Shown here piece after piece: positions 17,184-26,981 of a DNA stretch of 64,000 nt (its first letter is position 1; every line of letters begins with the position of its first letter). A program made the position numbers and the translations under genes. Source of the stretch: Nitrospiria bacterium (GTDB taxonomy: Bacteria > Nitrospirota > Nitrospiria > JACQBZ01); NCBI GenBank assembly GCA_035498035.1, contig DATKAN010000025.1:145190-209189 (forward strand), written 5' to 3'. The notes below the pieces were generated by a model that was not told the DNA's origin, did not search any database, and saw only the letters and a list, made by a program, of their open reading frames with translations.

Positions 17184-19568
17184 TCAAGGCGAAACCAAGG
17201 CTCCCATCACCGGCTGAACGGAATTTTCTCCGGCAATCCGACGATATTCGTGGTAGCTTCGCATAACCTTCTTTGTAAAGTATCGGGTTTCGTTAAACGG
17301 GATCGATTCGATGAATTCGTCGAGATTCCCCACCCCTTTCTCCGCCCACCGACCCACCGCGTCCGGACCGGCGTTGTAGCTGGCCACCGCCAGGACCAGG
17401 TTTCCGTTGAATTGCTCAATCAGATGGCCGAGATACCATGCCCCCAAGTGGAGGTTGGTCGCTTCATCCAGCAACAGTTCGGGACGGAAATCGTCCAGGC
17501 CCACCCGCTTGGCCACCCATTCCCCGGTATAAGGCATGAGCTGCATCAAACCCAAGGCCCCGACCTTGGAAACCGCCTTCGAATCAAACGCGCTTTCCTC
17601 CCGGGCCACGGCCGCGACGAGGTAGGGATCGGTTCCCACGGCGGGACTTTGCTGTTGCACCCATTGCACGAAACGATTCGGATAAGCCTGTTCCCAGAAA
17701 CTTCTCGGTATCTCGTCGCCCCCTTTTTCCATGACATCCTGGAAGTAAAGCCGCAGGAGACGAAGACTTTGATGGTAGTCGCCGGCGCTGTAAAGAAGCC
17801 CGGCCAGCTTCAAGACCGTCGGTTTGTCCGTCGCATATCGATCCGTCAAGTAGGACAGTTCCCGGGTGGCCTCCGACTCGAGATGCAGCGCCAGAAGCTC
17901 CAGTGCCGTTGAGTAATGCCGATCGCGGGTCAATGCGGGGCTGGCCTCATCGACCGGCAGGCGGATGGAATTCCCGTTCACAGGTTTTGAACCGGCTTCC
18001 GGATCTCCGATAGGGGCATCCGGACTAGGGTCCGTCTTTCCGGAGTCGGACAGGGCCGACTGGAGTCCGGCCAAGCGGACCTGGGCCTGCTGGCAATAAA
18101 AACTCCGCAGAAAGTCTCGGCAGACTCCCCGGTAAGCTTCCGCCGCTTGGGCCGGCTGGTTTATCTGTTCCGAACTGCGTCCGATCCAGTATCCGAACTG
18201 GCCGCCGGACAGGCTGGCGGGATGTTGCTGCCAATAGTCCCCGAGGGTCCGGATCGCGTCGCTGTACCGCCCCGTTTTATAGGCCATCCAGCCGATCCGC
18301 CAGACGGCATCCTCGGCGGATGGATCGCCCGGAGTTTCGTCGATAATCCGGTGATACATCTTCAGGGCCTGTTCGATCTGGCGACGATCTTCGTAATAGT
18401 CACCGATCATAAAGAGCAGTTTCGCCCGATCCGGGCTGGTCGGAAATCGCTCGGCCAGCTTACGCTCGATCTGAAGGAACCGCCCCTCGTCGCCTTGACG
18501 AATCGCGACGCGCCCCATCCAGAATAGGGCGCTGGTCAGAAGATCCGGCCGGCCGCTGCGGCGGGCCAGGTCTTCCAATACCCGATTGGCGTCATCGTAT
18601 TGTTTGAGCTGGATCAAGGTTTCCCCCAATTTCAGACTCAGATCATCGCGGTTCCCCGGTTCGCCGGCGGCCAACAGCGCCTTGAATTCCACCGCGGCTT
18701 CGTCGTATCGGGCCGCGTCAAAAAGGATCCGGCCCCGCTGATATCGCGCCTCGGAGGCCGGTGCCGGGATTGAAACGCCGGACGCACCGAGCTGTTGAAG
18801 ATTCTTTTGCGCAGCCGGGGCCTCCGGGCTGTCCGCATAGTAAAACCACACCCGTTGCAGCGCCCAAATGGCCTTCTCCGAATCCCCGATCTTCAAGGCG
18901 CAGTCGGCCAGTCGAAGCAAGGCCGGGCCGGCGTTGGGATCGCCCGGGAATCGGGTCACAAATTCCTGAAACTGTGTGAGGGCTGTTTGACAATCACCGG
19001 ATTGAGCCCAGGCATCCGCCTTTTGGTAAACGGCCTGCGCGCTTAGCACACTTTCCGGATACTTCTGGAGAAGACGGTCGTAGGTCTGAACCGCCTGCGG
19101 ATACTGTCCCCGTATGGCCTCGCCATTGGCCATAAAGAAAAGACCGTATTCTTCGAGCGAGGGGAGATCGACGACGGCCTGCGATAAGAGCTCATCCGCC
19201 TCGGGGGACCCCCCTTCGGCGGCCCATTGCCCCAAAAGAAACCCGCTCCGCTTCGCCGGTAGGGAATCGGGGAATCGGTCTCGAAGCGACCGGAGTGCGG
19301 CGGTCGCGGACCCTCGATCCCCTTTGTCCGCCAGCTGCAACGCCGTGCTAAAACAGTCCTCGGCCGATCCGCAGGCCCCCTGAGCCGGGTCCGATTTTGG
19401 AAGCGCGGGGGGCGGCGGCTGGTCCAAACCGGGATTCTCGTTCCGTTCGGAAGGAGGGGTCGTGGGCACAATCAGCGGCTTTTGGGCCGCACAGGCGACA
19501 AGCCAGCCCACGCTGAAAAGCAATACCGCTCCGGCCACCCTTCCTGTGTAAAACCGATTCGCCATCAC
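17184..19568 (-). CDS. slt: Soluble lytic murein transglycosylase (Slt70-like, superhelical TPR-like N-domain plus SLT catalytic domain)
   Basis: C-terminal ESAFDSKAVSKVGALGLMQLMPYTG is the SLT family catalytic motif. Long alpha-helical repeat region and an N-terminal signal peptide. Confidence 0.85.
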   Translation of the reverse strand: MMANRFYTGRVAGAVLLFSVGWLVACAAQKPLIVPTTPPSERNENPGLDQPPPPALPKSDPAQGACGSAEDCFSTALQLADKGDRGSATAALRSLRDRFPDSLPAKRSGFLLGQWAAEGGSPEADELLSQAVVDLPSLEEYGLFFMANGEAIRGQYPQAVQTYDRLLQKYPESVLSAQAVYQKADAWAQSGDCQTALTQFQEFVTRFPGDPNAGPALLRLADCALKIGDSEKAIWALQRVWFYYADSPEAPAAQKNLQQLGASGVSIPAPASEARYQRGRILFDAARYDEAAVEFKALLAAGEPGNRDDLSLKLGETLIQLKQYDDANRVLEDLARRSGRPDLLTSALFWMGRVAIRQGDEGRFLQIERKLAERFPTSPDRAKLLFMIGDYYEDRRQIEQALKMYHRIIDETPGDPSAEDAVWRIGWMAYKTGRYSDAIRTLGDYWQQHPASLSGGQFGYWIGRSSEQINQPAQAAEAYRGVCRDFLRSFYCQQAQVRLAGLQSALSDSGKTDPSPDAPIGDPEAGSKPVNGNSIRLPVDEASPALTRDRHYSTALELLALHLESEATRELSYLTDRYATDKPTVLKLAGLLYSAGDYHQSLRLLRLYFQDVMEKGGDEIPRSFWEQAYPNRFVQWVQQQSPAVGTDPYLVAAVAREESAFDSKAVSKVGALGLMQLMPYTGEWVAKRVGLDDFRPELLLDEATNLHLGAWYLGHLIEQFNGNLVLAVASYNAGPDAVGRWAEKGVGNLDEFIESIPFNETRYFTKKVMRSYHEYRRIAGENSVQPVMGALVSP

Positions 19569-19645
19569 GCTTTCGATTATAACACAGACGCCGATCAGAT
19601 CAAGACATCTTGTTCGTCCGTCCGGAACTGTGTTAAATTAAACCC

Positions 19646-20698
19646 ATGCAAACGGTGAATCTCAAACAGCTCTCCTTTGACGAGTTTGACGGCTTTATGC
19701 GGGATCTGGGCTGGCCGAGGTATCGCGCTCAACAGCTCCGGGACTGGATCTACAAGAAACACGTCTCCCGGTTCGATGCAATGACCAACCTGTCGAAAAC
19801 CGACCGAGCGGTTCTTGAGACGCGGGCTAGGATCGGGGAACCCGAGTTGGTCCGGCGGCAGCGTTCCACGGACGGGACGCAGAAGTTCCTGTTTCGTATG
19901 GCCGATGGTCAGGAAATCGAGTCCGTCTTGATTCCGGACGAAGACCGCAACACCCTCTGTATATCGACCCAGGTCGGCTGCACGCTCGACTGCACTTTTT
20001 GCCTCACCGGCACCATGGGCCTCCTTCGCAATCTCAAGGCCCACGAGATCGTCGATCAAGTGCTCTGGGTGCTGAGAGACCTCGAATCGGGAGTTCCCCT
20101 GACCAATGTAGTCCTCATGGGGATGGGCGAACCCCTGGCCAATTACCGCGAGGTGACCGAGGCCTTGAAACGGCTGACGGATCCGAAAATGGTCGGCCTT
20201 TCTCCCCGCAGGATCACCCTTTCCACCTCCGGTCTCGTTCCTCAGATCAGAAGGCTGGGAGAGAGCGGATTGAACGTAAACCTAGCCGTCTCCCTCAATG
20301 CGACAACCAATGCGGTTCGGGACCGCTTGATGCCCGCGGTCAACAAACAATTTCCCTTGGAAACGCTGCTTCGGGCCTGCCGGGACTATCCCCTCCCGCC
20401 CCGCCGGCGGATATTTTTCGAATACGTCCTGTTAAAAGGCGTGAACGATTCCGAGGAGGACGCCCATCGCCTCCTCCGGCTGCTCAAGGGCCTGCGCTGC
20501 AAAGTGAATCTGATCCCGTTTAACGACTATCCCGGCGCTCCCTTTGGTCGTCCGGACGATGAAACCGTGCTTCGCTTTCAAAAAATCCTGATCGAAGGAC
20601 ACCTGGCGGCCTTTATACGAAAAAGCCGCGGCCGCGACATCTTGGCCGCCTGCGGCCAACTCCGCACCGAGAAAAACGACGTAACGGTCATAAATTGA
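19646..20698 (+). CDS. rlmN: 23S rRNA (A2503 C2) / tRNA A37 methyltransferase RlmN (radical SAM)
   Basis: CTLDCTFC radical-SAM cluster motif, a conserved N-terminal MRDLGWPRYRAQQL helix, and a C-terminal Cys. Confidence 0.9.
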   Translation: MQTVNLKQLSFDEFDGFMRDLGWPRYRAQQLRDWIYKKHVSRFDAMTNLSKTDRAVLETRARIGEPELVRRQRSTDGTQKFLFRMADGQEIESVLIPDEDRNTLCISTQVGCTLDCTFCLTGTMGLLRNLKAHEIVDQVLWVLRDLESGVPLTNVVLMGMGEPLANYREVTEALKRLTDPKMVGLSPRRITLSTSGLVPQIRRLGESGLNVNLAVSLNATTNAVRDRLMPAVNKQFPLETLLRACRDYPLPPRRRIFFEYVLLKGVNDSEEDAHRLLRLLKGLRCKVNLIPFNDYPGAPFGRPDDETVLRFQKILIEGHLAAFIRKSRGRDILAACGQLRTEKNDVTVIN

Positions 20699-20806
20699 GG
20701 CGGAATGAAACCGGCCGGGTGACGAGCCCACTGGGGCTGCGGAAGGTTGGGACCCTCCTGCACTCGCGAGATCCGCAGTTGACAACACCAGAGGCTCTTG
20801 TTTAGG

Positions 20807-22135
20807 ATGTCTCCTATGCCGATCTTATTGGGTCTCTTGTTCACATGGCTCTTGTTTTTTTCATCCTCTCCGGCCCTGGCCCGGGAGATTCAGACCCGCA
20901 CCCTCGAGAACGGGCTCAAGGTCATCCTCGTCGAAGAGCACAAAGCCCCCGTCGTGACAATCCAGATCTGGTATCGCGCCGGTTCGAGGAACGAGGTCAC
21001 GGGAAAAACCGGGCTGGCCCACCTCACGGAACACATGATGTTCAAGGGCACGCCCAAATACGGAAAGGGCGAATTCTCACGGATGATCGCCAAGGTCGGC
21101 GGGACCGAAAATGCCTTCACGTCGAAGGACTACACCGCTTATTTCGAAAACCTTTCGGCGGATCAAATCGGCTTGGCCTTGAACCTCGAATCGGACCGGA
21201 TGACGAACCTCCTGCTGGACACGAAGGAATTCCAACTGGAGCGGGAAGTGGTGAAGGAAGAGCGGCGCCTTCGGACGGACGATGACCCTCAAAGCTTGGT
21301 TGTCGAGTACCTCTACGCCATGGCCTATCTGGTCCACCCCTACCACGCCCCGACGCTCGGATGGATGACGGACCTGGACAGCCTCGTACGAAACGACGTC
21401 ACGGCCTTTTACAAACGGTATTACTCGACCAACAATGCGATCCTCGTCGTCGTGGGGGATATCAATCCCGAGCAGCTGTTTCCCAAAATCCAGCAGACCT
21501 TCGGCCGGGTCCCGAAGGGTTTCCCGGTTCCGCCCTTCCATATCGTCGAGCCGGAACAAAGCGGCGAGCGGCGGTTCGTGATCAAGAAGGAAGCCCAATT
21601 GCCGTTTGTGTTTGCCGGCTACCCCGTACCCAATTTTTCCCATCCGGACAACTACGCCCTGGGGGTGCTGGCCAATATCCTGTTCTCCGGGAAAAGTTCC
21701 CGCCTCTACCGCAGCCTGGTTTATGAACAGAAACTCGCCCTCGATGTCGGCGGTGAATACCCGAATCTTTCGGCCAATCCGGATCTGTTCTACCTTTACG
21801 GCATTCCTCCGCCGGGCAAGAACGCGGACGATCTGGAGAAGGGGATCTACGCCGAGATCCGGAAGGTGTCGACCGAGCCGATCTCCGACCAGGAACTCCA
21901 AAAAGCCAAGAATCAGATCGAGGCCGGTTTCATCATGGGTCAAGATTCCAACTTCTTTCAGGCCATGCAGATCGGAAGCGCGGAAGCGGTCGGCGCGGGC
22001 TACGGCTACCAGGAATCCTATGTCGAAAACATCCGCAAAGTCACAAAAGAAGATGTGATGCGCGTCGCCAAGACCTATCTGATCGAGGATCATCGCACCG
22101 TGGGCATACTCATCCCTCAACCTCACAAGGAATAG
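20807..22135 (+). CDS. M16 family zinc peptidase (catalytic subunit with an HxxEH motif), secreted
   Basis: HLTEHMMFKGT inverted zincin motif and a signal peptide MSPMPILLGLLFTWLLFFSSSPALA. Start moved from the TTG at 20798 to the ATG at 20807. A TTGACA/TAGGAT promoter-like pair sits immediately upstream at 20773-20806. Confidence 0.8.
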   Translation: MSPMPILLGLLFTWLLFFSSSPALAREIQTRTLENGLKVILVEEHKAPVVTIQIWYRAGSRNEVTGKTGLAHLTEHMMFKGTPKYGKGEFSRMIAKVGGTENAFTSKDYTAYFENLSADQIGLALNLESDRMTNLLLDTKEFQLEREVVKEERRLRTDDDPQSLVVEYLYAMAYLVHPYHAPTLGWMTDLDSLVRNDVTAFYKRYYSTNNAILVVVGDINPEQLFPKIQQTFGRVPKGFPVPPFHIVEPEQSGERRFVIKKEAQLPFVFAGYPVPNFSHPDNYALGVLANILFSGKSSRLYRSLVYEQKLALDVGGEYPNLSANPDLFYLYGIPPPGKNADDLEKGIYAEIRKVSTEPISDQELQKAKNQIEAGFIMGQDSNFFQAMQIGSAEAVGAGYGYQESYVENIRKVTKEDVMRVAKTYLIEDHRTVGILIPQPHKE

Positions 22136-22142
22136 AATCTCC

Positions 22143-23519
22143 ATGTTGGATTCCCGAACCCGCATCGCGACCCAATGGCTTGTCCGGCTGGTCTTGTCCG
22201 GGACGATCCTCTTTTTCTGCCGGCCCGTTCCGACCGAAGCGGCCGGCGCGGCGACTCCCTTTTCGCCCAAACGCCTCGTCACCGACAATGGCATGACGGT
22301 CGTCATTCAGGAGGCGCACTCCCTGCCCGTAGTCAATGTCCAGGTGATCGTCAAGGCCGGTGCCGTTCTGGACACGGACGACAAGGCGGGGCTGGCCAAT
22401 CTGACCGCCGAGCTTTTAGATGAAGGGACCGCCACGCGAAGCGCCACCCAGATCGCGGACGCGGTCGATTTCATCGGGGCCGGCCTCTCCGCGGACGGCG
22501 GCGAGGATTATGCGACGGCCTCGCTTCGGGTTCTGAAGAAGGATCTGAATAACGGCATGGACCTTCTCTCCGATATTCTACTCCACCCGTCTTTCCCGGA
22601 GCCTGACTTGGAGCGTAAGCGTCAAGAGATCCTGGGTGAAATTATCTCCGAGAAGGATCAACCCGGAGAGGTGGCCGACAAGGCCTTCAATCAGATCGTG
22701 TTCGGCGCCCACCCCTACCACCGGCCCTCGGAAGGCACGGAGCAGACCTTACCGGGCATTACCCGCGCGGATGTCTCCCAATTTTACGAACGGTATTATC
22801 ATCCGAACAACACGATCATGACGATCGTGGGCGACATCACCGAAGCGGAGGCCCTTGATCTCCTTAAAACCTATTTCGGTTCGTGGGCTCGGGCTCCGAT
22901 TCCGACCCTAACCATTCCCCCCGCAGTCGGCCTGGAAAAACCCGTCGTCAAGCTGATCGATAAGAATCTGACGCAGGCCAATATCATTCTCGGTCACCTG
23001 GGAATCGACCGGAAGAACCCGGATTATTATGCCGTGACCGTCATGAACTATATCCTGGGAGGGGGAGGTTTTTCCTCGCGCCTCATGACCAAGATCCGCG
23101 ATAATCAGGGCCTCGCTTACAGCATCGACAGCCATTTCGATGCCAGTGCCTTTCCCGGAAGCTTCACCATCTCGCTGCAAACCCGGAATGCGGCGGCCCA
23201 GGTGGCCATCGACGGGGCCATGGCCGAACTTCGCAAAATTCGGACCGCGCCCGTCACCGACCGGGAATTGGAAAATGCCAAGGCCTTTCTGATCGGCAGC
23301 TTCCCGCTTCGGATCGACACCAGCGCAAAGATCGCCGGCTTTCTCGCCCAGATCGAGTATTACGACCTGGGTCTGGATTATGCCGAACGTTATCCCAAGC
23401 TCATCCGGTCGATCACCAAAACCGATGTTCAGCGGGTGGCGCAGAAATATCTCGATCCGGATCATTTGGCCCTGGTGGTGGTCGCCAAACAAGACGAGGC
23501 CAAGATCCGGCCAAATTAG
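22143..23519 (+). CDS. M16 family peptidase partner subunit (no HxxEH), secreted
   Basis: Same fold pattern as the upstream gene but the zinc motif is replaced by GLANLTAELLDEGT. The tandem arrangement is typical of heterodimeric M16B pairs. Confidence 0.75.
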   Translation: MLDSRTRIATQWLVRLVLSGTILFFCRPVPTEAAGAATPFSPKRLVTDNGMTVVIQEAHSLPVVNVQVIVKAGAVLDTDDKAGLANLTAELLDEGTATRSATQIADAVDFIGAGLSADGGEDYATASLRVLKKDLNNGMDLLSDILLHPSFPEPDLERKRQEILGEIISEKDQPGEVADKAFNQIVFGAHPYHRPSEGTEQTLPGITRADVSQFYERYYHPNNTIMTIVGDITEAEALDLLKTYFGSWARAPIPTLTIPPAVGLEKPVVKLIDKNLTQANIILGHLGIDRKNPDYYAVTVMNYILGGGGFSSRLMTKIRDNQGLAYSIDSHFDASAFPGSFTISLQTRNAAAQVAIDGAMAELRKIRTAPVTDRELENAKAFLIGSFPLRIDTSAKIAGFLAQIEYYDLGLDYAERYPKLIRSITKTDVQRVAQKYLDPDHLALVVVAKQDEAKIRPN

Positions 23520-23581
23520 AAATCGTGTCGTCTTCGTCGCTACCCGCAAGAAGAATTCGACGCGAGCCCCCGTTATAAACC

Positions 23582-24397
23582 ATGGATACGCGGACCCATC
23601 AAAATCTTGAGCGATTGCAAAAAATCTTCCAGGGGATGGATTCCGTCCTGGTGGCTTTTTCGGGAGGAATCGACAGCACCTTGGTGCTTAAAATCGCCCA
23701 CGATGTTCTGGGAAGCCGGGCCGCCGCCGCAACCTCCGTTTCGCCCACCGTGCCTGCCTCCGAATTGGAAACCAGTCGCCGGCTCGCCAGCCGGATCGGC
23801 GCAGCGCACCACTTGATTCCTTCCATGGCCATGGAGCGACCCGAGTTCAGCCAAAATGGTTTGCGGCGGTGCCACGCCTGCAAACAGGATCTCTATTCGA
23901 ACGGCGCGCGTCTGGCCAAGGAGCTGGGCCTGCGATGGTTGGCAAACGGCACCAATCTGGACGACCTCAAGGATTTCCGACCGGGGCTTGAAGCGGCCGA
24001 GGCCTTCGGCGTCCGAAGCCCTCTGGTCGAGGCCGGCCTCGATAAAACCCAGATCCGTCTTTTGGGTCGTGCGCTCGGGCTTCCCAATTGGGACAAACCC
24101 GCCGAGGCCTGCTTGTCCTCCCGCGTCCCTTTCGGAACGCCGATCACCGTGGAACGACTGGGCCGAATCGAACGGGCCGAGGAAGTTTTAAAGAAGGAGG
24201 GGTTCCGACAGGTGCGAGTGCGCGACCATGGGGAGGTGGCCCGCATCGAGGTCGCGGCGGCGGACCTGGCCCGCCTGCTCGATTCCCCCCTTCGAGAGCG
24301 GGTGATAGCCGCCGTACAGGAAACCGGCTTCCGATATGTCACGATGGATCTCCGGGGCTACCGACAGGGAAGCCTCAACCCGGAGTCGGCTCCATAA
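23582..24397 (+). CDS. LarE-family PP-loop ATP pyrophosphatase (ATP-dependent sulfur transferase-like)
   Basis: VAFSGGIDSTLVLK PP-loop, then DFRPGL, QVRVRDHG and GFRYVTMDLRGYRQG blocks that align with L. plantarum LarE. The Cys at the LarE sacrificial-Cys position (EACLSSRVPFG) is conserved. An extra CHAC motif is present. Confidence 0.75.
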   Translation: MDTRTHQNLERLQKIFQGMDSVLVAFSGGIDSTLVLKIAHDVLGSRAAAATSVSPTVPASELETSRRLASRIGAAHHLIPSMAMERPEFSQNGLRRCHACKQDLYSNGARLAKELGLRWLANGTNLDDLKDFRPGLEAAEAFGVRSPLVEAGLDKTQIRLLGRALGLPNWDKPAEACLSSRVPFGTPITVERLGRIERAEEVLKKEGFRQVRVRDHGEVARIEVAAADLARLLDSPLRERVIAAVQETGFRYVTMDLRGYRQGSLNPESAP

Positions 24398-25071
24398 TGG
24401 GTTCGAAAACGGGATCCCGGATCACACCAGCGTTGCACGCAATCGCACTGACCGCCGGGCTGTTCATCGTCGGCGCGGCCGTCGGCGAAACGCCCCCCCC
24501 GCCTCCAACGGCCGCAGGCCTTCCCGATCTTTCGGCCGAACTCCAGACGACCTTGATCGACCTGAACGGCCACCGGTCGCTGTCGACGGTTCATATTCTC
24601 CGGTCCGGCCAATCCGTCCGGTACGAGCACAATAATTCCGACCCGCCCGAGGTCTGGATCATGGATTTTAAGGAAATGAAGGAATACCGGATCTATTCCG
24701 GGGACAAGATCTATTTCGATACGCCGATTTCCGCTCGGTTGTCCCTTAAAGCCCAACGCGAGGGACTGATTCCGGAAGAGGACCACCCGGAGTTGATTGA
24801 AACGCGGTTTCTTCTAAGGGAGGACCGGATTGACGGACATCCTTGCGACATCGTCCTCCTCGTCCGTTCGATCAAGGACCGGAAGGATCTCGGGAAGGAT
24901 TACACCTTGCGGTGGGAAGCCCGCGACCTGAATGGGCAAACGCTTCGCATCGCCTACTTCGAACCGAATTCCACGCTGGCCGTCATCGATCTCCAGGCCG
25001 TCCAGACGGGCCCGGTTGATCCGGGGCTCTTGCAGCCCCCCTCGGGATTCGCCAGCATGAGTCCGTATTGA
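24397..25071 (+). CDS. Hypothetical exported protein (signal peptide/TM; LolA-like or DUF4412-like)
   Basis: The start overlaps the larE-like stop (TAATG). N-terminal hydrophobic segment ITPALHAIALTAGLFIVGAAVG. No recognisable catalytic motif. Confidence 0.45.
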   Translation: MGSKTGSRITPALHAIALTAGLFIVGAAVGETPPPPPTAAGLPDLSAELQTTLIDLNGHRSLSTVHILRSGQSVRYEHNNSDPPEVWIMDFKEMKEYRIYSGDKIYFDTPISARLSLKAQREGLIPEEDHPELIETRFLLREDRIDGHPCDIVLLVRSIKDRKDLGKDYTLRWEARDLNGQTLRIAYFEPNSTLAVIDLQAVQTGPVDPGLLQPPSGFASMSPY

Positions 25072-25081
25072 CCCTCCGGGG

Positions 25082-25588
25082 CTATCGCTTGGACGGCGGG
25101 GTGATTTCCCGCACCGCCTCGTCGACCAACCGCCGGTGGTCCGCATCGGTCAGACTTCGGGCCAAAACCTTTTCGGCCGCCAGAAGGGTCAGATCCACGG
25201 CGGTGCGCTGGATTTCTTGCAAGGCCTGCTGCTGGTCCCGTTGAATTTCGGAACGGGCCTCGGCCAGCATCCGCTGCGTCTCCTGTTCCATCCGCCGCTC
25301 ATTTTCCTCGAGCTGGTGCTGGGCCTGCATTCGCGCCTTTTCCAATATCGCCCGGCCCTCTTCGTGGACTGATTTGAGTTTCGCCTCGTACTGGCTCAGA
25401 AGCTGGTGCGCTTCCTGTTTAAGTCGGTCCGCCTGATCCAGGCTGTCCTTGATCTTTTTTTCCCGCAACTCCAGCATTTCAAGGACCCCCGGCAGTGCAA
25501 AGCGCTTGAGCAGATAGAGAAGTATGCCGAAGGAAACGATCGACCAGAAAAGCAAGGGAGACAGAAAATGGGTATCGAATTGAGGCAT
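25082..25588 (-). CDS. atpF: F0F1 ATP synthase subunit b
   Basis: N-terminal TM helix followed by a long charged coiled coil (QADRLKQEAHQLL...). Confidence 0.8.
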   Translation of the reverse strand: MPQFDTHFLSPLLFWSIVSFGILLYLLKRFALPGVLEMLELREKKIKDSLDQADRLKQEAHQLLSQYEAKLKSVHEEGRAILEKARMQAQHQLEENERRMEQETQRMLAEARSEIQRDQQQALQEIQRTAVDLTLLAAEKVLARSLTDADHRRLVDEAVREITPPSKR

Positions 25589-25591
25589 GGG

Positions 25592-25822
25592 TTATTTCCG
25601 AAGGCCCAGGATGATGAAGGCCACCACCAGGCCGTACAGCGCGATCGCCTCGACCAGCGCGAACCCGATCCACATATACTTCCCGACCTTGCCCTCGGCC
25701 TCGGGCTGCCGGGCCACGGCTTCGATCATCTTTCCGAAGATGAAGCCGATGCCGATTCCGGCGCCGCCGAACCCGGCCGCGGCCAGGCCCATTCCCAATA
25801 ACGCTGCTGCGTTTGCATCCAT
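25592..25822 (-). CDS. atpE: F0F1 ATP synthase subunit c
   Basis: Hairpin of two TM helices with GxGxGxG packing (GMGLAAAGFGGAGIGIGFIFG) and a conserved carboxylate in helix 2 (LVEAIALYGLV). Confidence 0.85.
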   Translation of the reverse strand: MDANAAALLGMGLAAAGFGGAGIGIGFIFGKMIEAVARQPEAEGKVGKYMWIGFALVEAIALYGLVVAFIILGLRK

Positions 25823-25843
25823 GGTTTTTCCCTCTCCTTTCAA

Positions 25844-26569
25844 TTAATGTAATTTGATGGCATCGCCCAGATAAACCGTCGCCAGAATGGTGAAGATAAA
25901 CGCCTGAATGAAGGCGACGATCACTTCCAAGATATAGACCGCCACGGTAAAAGCGAAGGGCAGCCAGCCGATCAGCGCTCCCCCCGCCAGCATCAGGCTG
26001 AACAGGACAATCAGGATCGTGTGCCCCGCCGTCATGTTGGCAAAGAGCCGGACGGCCAGGGTTACGGGCCGGGCCACCTGGCTCACCACCTCGATCGGAA
26101 TCATCAGCGGGAGAAGCCATCCCGGCGTGCCCGGCGGCACCAAGATGCTGAAAAAATGAAGTCCGTGGACCATAAATCCCACGACCAGGCTGATCAGGTA
26201 GACCACGATCGCAAACAAGGCGGTCACCATGATCTGGCTGGTGACCGTGTAGGTCCCTGGAATGAGCCCGAGCAGATTGGCGAAAAGGATAAAGAAGAAC
26301 AGCGTCACGATGAACGGGAAGAAACGCATTCCCTGCTCGCCCATATTTTCCATCACCAAGCCCCGAAGGAACTCGATGCTCATCTCAGCCAGGCTCTGAA
26401 TCTTGGACGGAACGAGGCGGCGCTGACTAACGGCCGCCCAGAAGAACAGGGATACCGCCGCCACCACGACCCACATCATCACCACGGCCTGATTGATCGA
26501 GAGATCGAATCCGAAGAGATGGATCGGGATCAAAGGATGCAATATAAAATGATCAAGCGGATTTTCCAT
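25844..26569 (-). CDS. atpB: F0F1 ATP synthase subunit a
   Basis: Conserved Arg in LAVRLFANMTAGH (aR210 equivalent) and five TM helices. Start moved to the internal Met (MENPLDHFIL...); the upstream 91 codons are Gly/Arg-rich and implausible. Confidence 0.85.
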   Translation of the reverse strand: MENPLDHFILHPLIPIHLFGFDLSINQAVVMMWVVVAAVSLFFWAAVSQRRLVPSKIQSLAEMSIEFLRGLVMENMGEQGMRFFPFIVTLFFFILFANLLGLIPGTYTVTSQIMVTALFAIVVYLISLVVGFMVHGLHFFSILVPPGTPGWLLPLMIPIEVVSQVARPVTLAVRLFANMTAGHTILIVLFSLMLAGGALIGWLPFAFTVAVYILEVIVAFIQAFIFTILATVYLGDAIKLH

Positions 26570-26577
26570 GGGTCCGT

Positions 26578-26838
26578 TTAACGCTCTTTCTTGTCGCCGG
26601 GCCGATCCCCGGAAGTGGCCATTTGATAGATGCTGCGAAATCCCGCCGCGGCCCCGATGAAAACACCCACGACCATGATCCAGGGACGCGTTCCAAGCCA
26701 AGTGTCCAAGAGGTATCCCAAAGCGGCGCCCACCACCGTTGAGACTACCAGCTCGACGCCGATCCGGGCCGCAAAGGACAATCCCTGACGAAATGGATCC
26801 TGCGGATCCGCCATACGAACCCCACCGAACGTGGGCAA
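26578..26838 (-). CDS. AtpZ/AtpI-like small membrane protein preceding atpB
   Basis: 86 aa with two TM helices (ARIGVELVVSTVVGAALGYLL; WIMVVGVFIGAAAGF). Position is immediately upstream of atpB. Confidence 0.5.
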   Translation of the reverse strand: MPTFGGVRMADPQDPFRQGLSFAARIGVELVVSTVVGAALGYLLDTWLGTRPWIMVVGVFIGAAAGFRSIYQMATSGDRPGDKKER

Positions 26839-26981
26839 ACAAAGCCGTTATCTAATCAGAATTGTCGAATCTTGTCAAGGCGGAAGTTTTGCAACTCTTA
26901 CATCGAGAGCGAAGCGGCGGGGCCGCCTGCGATTTAGCCTCTTCTTTACTTTATCCCCGGGTCCGTGCGATAATCCGGGCC

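Noticed and set aside
17181-17912. 243-aa plus-strand ORF overlapping slt
   Set aside because: Antisense to the Slt gene, which carries a clear catalytic motif. No independent support.
20699-20806. TTGACA, 18 nt, TAGGAT promoter-like pair ending right at the M16 start codon
   Set aside because: Not listed as a separate feature. The -10 would place the transcription start inside or beyond the ATG at 20807, and that needs leaderless initiation at the ATG at 20816. I cannot resolve this from sequence alone, so it is noted only in the CDS evidence.
21077-22306. 409-aa minus-strand ORF across the M16 peptidase genes
   Set aside because: Antisense to two plus-strand genes with signal peptides and the HxxEH motif.
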